This document shows positions 53,991-64,000 of a stretch of 64,000 bases of DNA, one piece after another. The stretch comes from Octopus vulgaris (Eukaryota). Where the stretch lies: positions 218,488,001 through 218,552,000 of the forward strand of contig OX597814.1 of the NCBI GenBank assembly GCA_951406725.2, written 5' to 3'. Below the pieces are notes generated by a model. It did not search any database. It was not told where the DNA came from and was given only the letters and a program-made list of their open reading frames with translations. The position numbers and the translations under genes were made by a program. The first letter of the stretch is position 1, and every line of letters begins with the position of its first letter.

Positions 53991-54888
53991 TAAACCCTTT
54001 CGTTACTGTATTTATTTTGAGATGCTCTGTGTTTCTTTCAATTAATTTTAAGTATAACACAGAATTTAGTAAAATAACTTCATTATCATTAACCCTTTAG
54101 CATTTAAACTGGCCATATCCGGCCAAAAGTATTCTGCCTATTTTATGTTGAAACTGGCCAGATCTGGTCTCTCACACCAACCCTACAATATCGTTTCAAA
54201 AATTAACAGCTGCCTCATCAAAATCTCATAGCTCCAAGATAATGCATGATTAATTCAAAACAATGTAGATGAAGAAGCATTAATTTTGGCAGAATAATGT
54301 GAACACTAAAGGGTTAAGCTAGTGTTAGGAACATAAACTGTGACTAAGGTTTGGTGGAAGATTTTAATTCAAAACTTGTGGAAACAAGACATTTGTACTC
54401 ATTGCCAGAGCCGGTTTCAGCCGGGTTGGTAACGAAAGGGTTAAACCCTTTTGATATCAATATACCTGAGACTACCTTTGGTTCCATGGTACAAATGTGT
54501 TGTTGCAAAAGGGTTGAAATGAAAACCTCACATAAAAGTTTCCTGTTAATCTATGTCTCAAACATCAGATTAAGAATGACAAAGTTATTGTACTAAATTT
54601 GTCGTCACTTTAACCCTTTAGTGTTTGCATTATTCTACCAAAATTAATGCTTTTTAATCCACATTGCCTTGAACTAATCAGGCATTATCTTGTAGCTATG
54701 AGATTTTGATGAGGTAGCTGTTAATTTTTAAAACGATATTGTAGGGTTGGTGTGAGAGACCAGATCTGGCCAGTTTGAACATAAAACAGGCAGAATACTT
54801 TTGGCCGGTTTAAATGCTAAACGGTTAAAAGTAAATTGAAACAAAGGCTGTATGTTTCAACAGAAATATGGTAAACGAAAGGGATTAG
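53991..54888. mobile_element. Cluster of four TTAA piggyBac-like MITEs (two hosts, each with a nested family B copy)
   Basis: Repeated TTAA-CCCTTT and AAAGGG-TTAA junctions near 53991, 54089, 54317, 54444, 54610, 54828. Confidence 0.75.
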
Positions 54889-55059
54889 GCAATTTATCCA
54901 AAAGAGAGTGAAATCATGTGATTTGTATCTATATTAGTAATTAATAAACCTGGGCAAGACCGAGAACGGCTGTTAGTGTGTATGATGTGTTATATAGACA
55001 CACCCTAGACACACATAACTTTTAATTGTGTCAGTTAAATTCAAAATGATATCTGCAGC

Positions 55060-55487
55060 TTTACTCTTTACTCTCTTTTACTCTTTTACTTGTTTCAGTC
55101 ATTTGACTGCGGCCATGCTGGAGCACCGCCTTTAGTCGAGCAAATCGACCCCGGGACTTATTCTTTGTAAGCCCAGTACTTATTCTATCGTTCTCTTTTG
55201 CTGAACCGCTAAGTGACGGGGACGTAAATACACCAGCATCGGTTGTCAAGCAATGCTAGGGGGACAAACACACACACAAAAACATACACACACACATATA
55301 TATATATATACATACATATATACGACGGGCTTCTTTCAGTTTCCGTCTACCAGATCCACTCACAAGGCTTTGGTTGGCCCGAGGCTATATCAAAAGACAC
55401 TTGCCTAAGATGCCACGCAGTGGGACTGAACCCGGAACCATGTGGTTAGTAAGCAAGCTACTTACCACACAGCCACTCCTGCGCCTC
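55060..55487 (-). mobile_element. SINE family A
   Basis: Full-length copy. Confidence 0.85.
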
Positions 55488-55987
55488 TTGCTTTCCAACC
55501 ATGTGGCCTCATGTTCAGGTCTACTGTATGGCACCTTGGACAAGTGTATTCTACAATAGCCCTCACTCTGACTAAAACGTTGTGGGTGGATTTGTTGTAT
55601 GGAAACTGAAAGAAACCCATTCTAATGGCTATGTTTCCGCTCCCTCTCCCAGCTGAGAGACCTTTGTCTTACAGGTGCTGGTGCCATGTCATATGCATTT
55701 GTGCAAGTACCACATTAAATGCACTCTTGCCAGTATCGCATTAAATGCAGCTGTACTCGTGCCGCATTAAATGCACTCATGCTGGTGCCATATAAAAGCA
55801 ACCATACTGGTAGCATGTAAAAAGAACCCAGTCCACACTCTGTAAAGTGGCTGGCATTAGGAAGGGCATCCAGTGGTAGAAACCATGCCAGAACATCCAA
55901 TTGGAGCCTGGACCACTCTCTAACTGGCTCCTGTCAAACCATGCAACCCATACTAGCATGGAAAGCAGACATTAGATGATGATGATG

Positions 55988-56018
<31 letters not shown>

Positions 56019-56330
56019 CATGTATATATGTGTGTGTGTCCCCATCTCTTGACATCACGGTTGTAAATGTGCATCACTTCCATACAAGTGATGTTGTTTG
56101 TTCATTTTCTGTCTTGTGTGTAAAGCAGGACTGGCCCCTAGGAATACTGCTTGGCTTGGAATCTGGGGAGGGTTGGCAACAGGAAGGGCCTCCAATCATC
56201 GAAAATGTGCTTCAACAAATGTTTTTCCTGAAAGACTGGGAAGAAAGAATGTTGTTTATACCTATGATGGTGAGGATCATTTTATGACCATTGGCAAAAG
56301 GTTAACCCCCTCCTGCCCCCCCGTGCACAC

Positions 56331-56550
56331 TCATTGTCCAACCGTGGTCGAGACAATGGAATTTACCATGCTACGCCAGACTTCACGGTCCATCATGGCA
56401 TTACGGGGGTCCTGTTGCTGGATGCCTGTATCCCTGGAGATTACATCAGGGTAGGAGAGTGTGCGCCCTCTGGTATTGCGAGTAGATGGCTTCCAGAGGA
56501 GAAGAGTAGAAATTACCTCGTTTTCAGCTCTACAACAATGTCCACTCATA
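56331..56550 (-). mobile_element. RTE-type LINE ORF2 C-terminal fragment
   Basis: GHCCRAENEVISTLLLWKPSTRNTRGRTLSYPDVISRDTG...AMMDREVWRSMV. Confidence 0.8.
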
Positions 56551-56814
56551 CACATAGCATTACCTAAGAGGCTGTTAATTGGGACTAGGCCCATGAGCTT
56601 ACAGTTGGATAGCAGGCTTGTCAACCACAACAGTCACATCTGTGACTCTGTGTGTGTGTGTGTGTGTGTAAATACACACACATGTAGAGAGAGAGAGGTA
56701 CAGATAGGCACACAGACACTCATTCACATGAACACACTTGTATACATGCATACATTCATAATATAATATAATATGATATATATTATATTATAGAACCTTG
56801 CTAGAACCTCCAAT

Positions 56815-56986
56815 AGGCGCAGGAGCGGCTGTGTGGTAAGTAGCTTGCTAACCAACCACATGGTTCCGGGTTCAGTCCCACTGCGTGGCATCTTGGGCAA
56901 GTGTCTTCTGCTATAGCCCCGGGCCAACCAATGCCTTGTGAGTGGATTTGGTAGACGGAAACTGAAAGAAGCCTGTCGTATATATG

Positions 56987-57017
<31 letters not shown>

Positions 57018-57200
57018 TTGTCCCCCCGATGCTGGTATGTGTTTACGTCCCCGTCACTTAGCGGTTCGGCAAAAGAGACCGATAGAATAAGTACTGGGCT
57101 TACAAAAGAATAAGTCCCGGGGTTGATTTGCTCGACTAAAGGCGGTGCTCCAGCATGGCCGCAGTCAAATGACTGAAACAAGTAAAAGAGTAAAAGAGAA
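56815..57200 (+). mobile_element. SINE family A
   Basis: Full-length copy. Confidence 0.85.
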
Positions 57201-57999
57201 TATGTGTGTGTATGTAGAAAGAGAGATAAGCAGGTTGATATAAATGCAAGAAGGGCAGAGATGTTGAAACATGGAATTGTGACGGAGATGTTGGAATGTA
57301 GTAATTCCAATAATTTTGTCATCCATCGTTATGCAAGCATCTTCTCCGATTCACTTGCACTCCCCTCACCACCTCCACATTTTGCTTGGGTGTCAAATGA
57401 CTCAGTGTGTGTGTGTGTGTGTGTGTTTGATGGATTAGATAACTGAAGCATCATCACTTTGGAATGGTCTGCTTGTTTAGAGACAGGATTCTCTGGCAGA
57501 CTAAGTTTTCCTTCAGATATTACTTCTATTCCAGAGAATGAATAAACGAACCCTAATAAAATGTTAAAACCCAAAAATAATTTTGCAGTTAAAATATGAT
57601 TTCACACATGAAATATGTATACTTGCATGCATGCACACATATATACATACATGCACACATACATACATGCATGCATATATACATACATACATACATACAT
57701 GCATGCATGTATGTTTTTTCTTCTACTCTCTCTCTCTCTCTCCCTTATTTATTTGTATTTTTTCGCATTTCTTGCTAATGGAGAAAACACTGGTTTCTAG
57801 CTTAGAAACAAGGCTTTTTCACTGAAATTTAGACATCAGCAGAGTAATGCGTTTGCATGTGTGTTGATGTATATGTGTGTGTGTTTGAGTATATACATGA
57901 GTGTTTGTTTGCATGGTATGAATGCATGTATGTTAATGTGGGCATGTGGTGTAAATATCAGAAATATTTGGCAGAGTTTCATTATTTATATATTATTCT

Positions 58000-58393
58000 T
58001 CTTTTACTCTTCTACTTGTTTCAGTCATTTGACTGCGGCCATGCTGGAGCACCGCCTTTAGTCGAGCAAATCGACCCCGGGACTTATTCCTTTGTAAGCC
58101 CAGTACTTATTCTATCGTTCTCTTTTGCCGAACCGCTAAGTGACAGGGACGTAAACACACCAGCATCGGTTGTCAAGCAATGCTAGGGGGACAAACACAC
58201 GCACATACATATATATATATGTATATATACGACAGGCTTCTTTCAGTTTCCGTCTACCAAATCCACTCACAAGGCATTGGTCGGCCCGGGGCTATGGCAG
58301 AAGACACTTGCCCAAGATGCCACACAGTGGGACTGAACCCGGAACCATGTGGTTGGTTAGCAAGCTACTTACCACACAGCCACTCCTGCGCCT
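58000..58393 (-). mobile_element. SINE family A
   Basis: Full-length copy, inverted relative to 56815-57200. Confidence 0.85.
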
Positions 58394-58716
58394 ATTATGT
58401 ATACATTTTCTTTTTTGGTGGAACTGACAAATAGCATTGGTGCTGCACTTGTCCTGACATCTTTGCAGTTTGAGTCTGTATGCAATAATGTTTATACATG
58501 TATAAGGGTTTAAGTAGGGGTCAGTTACATTGCTGTTGATGAGTGCAAAATCATCTTATACGTATTGAGCTAAGTTTAGTACTGTTTATGTTCATGTGTG
58601 TGTGAGTGTGTGTATTCTGTGTGTTTGTGTGTGTGTAATTATCTGCCTCAACACGGCCACAATCCAAAGACTGAAAAAAGTAAAAGATAAAAGATTTGTG
58701 TGTGTGTGTGTATATG

Positions 58717-58753
<37 letters not shown>

Positions 58754-58754
58754 G

Positions 58755-59075
58755 GGAGAAGGCGCACTCTGTCGGTTACGACGACAAGGGTCCCAGCTGA
58801 TCCGATCAATGGAACAGCTTGCTCGTGAAATTAACGAGCAAGTGGCTGAGCACTCCACAGACACATGTGTACCCTTAACGTAGTTCTCAGGGAGACTCAG
58901 TGTGACAAGGCCGGCCCTTTGAAATACAGATACAACTCATTTCTGCCAGCTGAGTGGACTGGAGCAACATGAAATAAAGTGTCTTGCTCAAGGACACAAC
59001 ATGTCGCCAGGAATCGAACTCACGACCTTACAATCGTGAGCTGAATGCCCTAACCACTAAGCCACACACCTTCAC
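58755..59075 (-). mobile_element. tRNA-derived SINE with CORE-like domain and family B tail
   Basis: Head and core match 16858-17000; tail matches the family B 3' end. Confidence 0.72.
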
Positions 59076-59245
59076 TATATAACTAATTAGTTATCTGTCT
59101 ATATATAGACACACACATGCATATGTATGTGCATGTGTGTATCTCTCTCTCTCTCTCTCTCTCTGTCTATCTATCTATCTATATATTCACACATAATGTA
59201 TGTAATGATATAAATATAATGATGTATATATGAATATATATACAA

Positions 59246-59490
59246 TGTGTCGGTGGCACATAAAAAACACCATCCGAGCGTGGCCGTTCGCCAGCCTCGT
59301 CTGTCACCTGTGTCGGTGGCACATAAAAAGCACCCACTACACTCACGGAGTGGTTGGCGTTAGGAAGGGCATCCAGCTGTAGAAACACTGCCAGATCTGA
59401 CTGGCCTGGTGCAGCCTTCGGGCTTCACAGACCCCAGTAGAACCGTCCAACTCATGCTAGCATGGAAAGCGGATGTTAAACGATGATGAT
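59246..59490 (+). mobile_element. RTE LINE 3' UTR fragment
   Basis: Family homology. Confidence 0.75.
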
Positions 59491-59521
59491 ATATGTGTGT
59501 GTGTATATATATGCCTGTCTG

Positions 59522-59576
<55 letters not shown>

Positions 59577-59999
59577 ATATATATATATATATAGTAATGT
59601 ATACATATGAATATATGTATATATCCTTTATCTTTTATATTTTACTTGTTTCAGTCATTTTACTACGGCCATGCTGGAGCACCCCTTTGAAATTTTTTTT
59701 GAGCCAAACGTATTGACCCTAGTACTTATGCTTTTTTTTAAAGCCTGGTACTTACTCTGTTGGTGTCTTTTACTGAACTGCTAAGTTGCAGGGATGTAAA
59801 CACACCAGCACTGGTTTCCACAACAGTGGTGGGGGGAACAAACACAGACACGACACACACACCTGGGTTTCTCTCAGTTTCTGTCTACCAAATCCACTCA
59901 AAAGGCTTTAGTTGACCCAAGGTATTGAACTCTGTACCATGTGGTTAGGAAGCAAGCTTCTTACCACATAGCCACAACTGCACATATATATATCTTTTT

Positions 60000-60200
60000 T
60001 CTTTTACTCGTTTCAGTCATTTGACTGTGGCCATGCTGGAGCACCGCCTTTAGTCGAGCAAATCGACCCCGGGACTTATTCTTTGTAAGCCCAGTACTTA
60101 TTCTATCGGTCTCTTTTTGCCGAACCACTAAGTGACGGGAACGTAAACACACCAGTTGTCAAGCAATGTTGTCGGTTGTCAAGCAATGCTAGGGGGACAA

Positions 60201-60231
<31 letters not shown>

Positions 60232-60400
60232 CATATATACGACAGGCTTCTTTCAGTTTCCATCTACCAAATCCACTCACAAGGCATTGGTCGGCCCGGG
60301 GCTATAGCAGAAGACACTTGCCCAAGATGCCATGCAGTGGGACTGAACCCGGAACCATGTGGTTGGTTAGCAAGCTACTTACCACACAGCCACTCCTGCG

Positions 60401-60402
<2 letters not shown>
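60000..60402 (-). mobile_element. SINE family A
   Basis: Full-length copy. Confidence 0.85.
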
Positions 60403-60468
<66 letters not shown>

Positions 60469-60729
60469 TGTGTTTAAATTTAACTTAATTGAAAGCTTAG
60501 TTGGGAGATAAATTAAAATGTAACCACATTCATTCTATGCTTTAGACATGTGGGAAACAGACCGAGGAGAGTCACCTGATGAATTGCTTCATGGTTTATA
60601 AACTACTTCTTAGATAAGACATATCCAGTTTCCTTCCCTAATTTATAGCATAGAAATATTCAGCTACTATATAAAGCATTTGTAAATTAGGCTACCACTG
60701 TAAAAGATAGCTTAATTTACATATTTATG

Positions 60730-60772
<43 letters not shown>

Positions 60773-60848
60773 TGAGGGAATAAAATCCAAAATTTACAAG
60801 GAAAAAAAATTCAATTTAGAAGTACTAAATCAAATTTCACACAATATA

Positions 60849-61118
60849 TCATCATCATCATCATCATCGTTTAACGTCCGTTCTCCATGCTAGCATGGGT
60901 TGGACGGTTCGACCGGGGATCTGGGAAGCCAGAAGGCTGCACCAGGTTCCAGTCTTATCTGGCAATGTTTCTACAGCTGGATGCCCTTCCTAACGCCAAC
61001 CACTCCATGAGTGTAGTGGGTGCTTTTTACGTGCCACCTGCACAGGTGCCAGGCGAGGCGGTGCATTTTACGTGCCACCGGCATGGAAGCCAGTCGAGGC
61101 GGCGCTGGCATCGGCCAC
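60849..61118 (-). mobile_element. RTE LINE 3' UTR fragment
   Basis: Family homology. Confidence 0.75.
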
Positions 61119-61142
61119 ATATAATATGATATATATATATAT

Positions 61143-61427
61143 AAAAATTAGAGATAAAAAACCACCTTTTATCAATTCAAAATGAACAATTAAATTACAC
61201 CATCCAGAAAATTACATATAATAGAAAATATTAACATTAAAATAACAATAAAATGTCAAAGATTAAGTAAATTGCAAAAAATAATAATAATAACAACTTA
61301 TATTGCAATTTACTTAATCTTTGACTATTTTATTGTTATTTTAATGTTAATATTTTCTATTATATGTAATTTTCTGGATGGTGTAATTTAATTGTTCATT
61401 TTGAATTGATAAAAGGTGGTTTTTTTC

Positions 61428-61435
<8 letters not shown>
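61143..61435. repeat. Near-perfect AT-rich palindrome (arms about 133 bp) between TA runs
   Basis: 61143-61277 is the reverse complement of 61303-61435. Confidence 0.92.
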
Positions 61436-61468
<33 letters not shown>

Positions 61469-62619
61469 TCATCATCATCAATATATATATATTTGGGTCT
61501 TTGTTTTTGGCTCCATTAGTGTAGTCCTCAGGAATGTGGAGCAGTATCTTTGGCACCAATTTGGCTGCAGGAATTTCTGGAAGAATGTCAAGTTGCATAT
61601 CAGACCACCCTAGGGTTGTCTGATGTATTCCTGTTATGTAATTCATCAACAACACCAGTGGAACAGTGTTAGTAGGAGATAGACAAAACAGAGTACAGGG
61701 ACTTGCAGCCATTGTAAATCAAAGTAGGTATGGCATAAAAATGGTTAAGAAACATGGCCAGACACATACCATCTCCTGACCACTTGTATTTTCTTTCCAT
61801 TAACGATGTTATCTCTTACGATTAGTTCTTAAATGAAACATTTTAATATTTCCATCTCGGAACATCAATTCTTTTGGATTCTCCACTTGCCTACCTTTTC
61901 TAACAGATACCTTTGACCTAGAGCCATATTAATCTCACAGGCCTGGCAAAGGCCTTAAGATTCTGAGAATAACATTAAAAGAAAATTGTTATTCTGTTGT
62001 GACAAAAAGATTTTACTGAGATTTAGAGTGAAATGAATAAACTTAACATATAATGTGCATAGCTAATAAATTTGGACTTTTTATTTGCCATGAGTATCAT
62101 TGTTTAGCTGGTTGGTAGAAAATTAGACTTTAATGAGAAGTCTGAGAGAATTAAGCCCATCAGAATTGTTTTCTTTCTGTCATAAGGATTAAGTTTTTAT
62201 AGACTATCGTTTCTGTACCGTGAAATTTTAATCACAAACTTCATTTTTAACTGAAGACTATTTTAACGGAATTATATACACCATCAGCCTCAGTGCCCCA
62301 GGCGCTGGGACTCTTACAAATCCACGGCATACATAGATCAGCTTTGGGCCTCTAGTCGTGTGGAACCCCTGGGCAACTGTCCAGCTTATTTATACTCGAA
62401 GATGGCATTGTATACGATAGCTTGTTGTTTATTATCTCCAGAACAACTCAAATCGAGAGATCTGTGATTAAAGATATTCTAGCAGTGACCTTACGTCTCT
62501 TCAGGATTAGTGTATTTAGGACTACACTATCCAGTAGTGCCTTGTTCCATTTCCTGAAGGCTGTAGGGTGGTTCGAGAGATGGTTTTGGCTGTTACTTCT
62601 AGTTGCTCGATCATTGACT

Positions 62620-62818
62620 TACTCTTTTACTTGTTTCAGTCATTTGACTGCGGCCATGCTGGAGCACCGCCTTTAGTTGAGCAAATCGACCCCAGGACTT
62701 ATTCTTTGTAAGCCCAGTACTTATTCTATCAGTCTCTTTTGCCGAACCGCTAAGTGACGGGGACGTAAACACACCAGCATCGGTTGTCAAGCAATGCTAG
62801 GGGGACAAACATACACAT

Positions 62819-62884
<66 letters not shown>

Positions 62885-63047
62885 GACGGGCTTCTTTCAG
62901 TTTCCGTCTACCAAATCCACTCACAAGGCTTTGGTCGGCCCGAGGCTATAGTAGAAGACACTTGCCCAAGGTGCCACGCAGTGGGACTGAACCCGCAACC
63001 ATGTGGTTGGTAAACAAGCTACTTACCACACAGCCACTCCTGCACCT
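62620..63047 (-). mobile_element. SINE family A
   Basis: Full-length copy. Confidence 0.85.
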
Positions 63048-64000
63048 ATGTGATTAGATTGTATCGGTAGATAATTAAATATAATTTATTGTTTTTGTCG
63101 ATCTCATTGAAAAATTAGAAGCCATTAATAAATATTTTATGGCGTAATTTGTTGAATAACGATCAATTTTACAGTCATTGAACTGTAAAGCAGAAGTGTT
63201 TACTCGACCAATGATGAATTGCAAGTGGGTTAAGAAGAGAGCTACGTGAACGAAACATCATTAGCAAATTTCTACGTTGAGTCATTGCTTGTTAAAAAGA
63301 CTGATTAAAGATCGATAGAACAAGTATGATTTATACCATAACGTTTCCAGGCTCCACGTTCGTTGTACTCTGAGAGATTAGGGTTGTGGGAGTGATGAAA
63401 TGGGAGATAGGGAGGCGAGGGCATCAAGTGGGTTCGGGTGACAGAGAGGGGTGGTGTTTAGGTCGACTGTGAAAAAGGACATAAGCTTTAATGATGATCC
63501 AAAGTAAGCGGTTTAATTAACACCAACTAAATACCTCACCACGACCAGTGAGCTATTAATTAAGTTGGTGGTACGAACCAAAACTGATTCTAATTTGAAG
63601 CCATTTCAGTTCATTTATATCACCCCCACCCCCGATAAAAACATGATTGTCACACAATTTCATCTGCCACCCTTTAATTGAGGTTCCATTCTACAGCAAC
63701 GAATAAACCGAAACAAGATAAAATAAGCAGAACAACTGCGCATTTTCTACTTTTCATCTTTTCTTTCATTTCTCTTTCTTCTCTCCCACCTTTTATACTT
63801 TCAACCTCTTCTCGCGATTTTTTCTCTTCATCCTTCCTTTTCTGTTTTTTTTTCATCTTTGTCTCACCCTATCTCTCTGCACACTCAACACCTTTTCCTC
63901 GTCACTTATTCTCCTCCCATACCATCGTTCCCATGTAATACACAGGTATTCCCCCACCTTCATCGATTCTAGTCCACTTGTCGATATATTTAATTTCATT

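Noticed and set aside
61490-61730. Exon-like unique sequence
   Set aside because: No frame gives a recognisable protein with matching splice sites; may be a decayed LINE fragment

Overview
Eukaryotic, AT-rich, extremely repeat-dense genomic DNA. The repeat families (tRNA-derived SINEs with internal microsatellites, RTE and CR1 LINE fragments, very long TA/GT/TACA microsatellites) point to an octopus or other cephalopod; this is an inference from family recognition. Almost all long ORFs in the supplied track are microsatellite, minisatellite or transposon artefacts. One real protein-coding gene can be assembled by hand on the minus strand from three exons (28809-28695, 11532-11417, 9091-8825). 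It encodes a 165-aa Ly6/uPAR three-finger protein (quiver/sleepless-like) with a signal peptide, 12 cysteines and a GPI-type tail, and it has a TATA+Inr promoter at about 29.0 kb. A repeat-poor, CpG-richer island at about 40.2-41.8 kb looks like a bidirectional promoter with candidate first exons on both strands. The most unusual signal is a set of short non-coding elements inserted in (TA)n microsatellites. Several carry minimal type I hammerhead ribozyme cores (CTGANGA...GAAA...palindromic stem III...NUH), and several form long near-perfect palindromes, as expected for non-autonomous Penelope-like or retrozyme-like elements. Other features include a 16-bp minisatellite amplified from a SINE A-box, a 34-bp minisatellite, nested TTAA MITEs, a Helitron, a solo LTR, and mariner/maT remnants.
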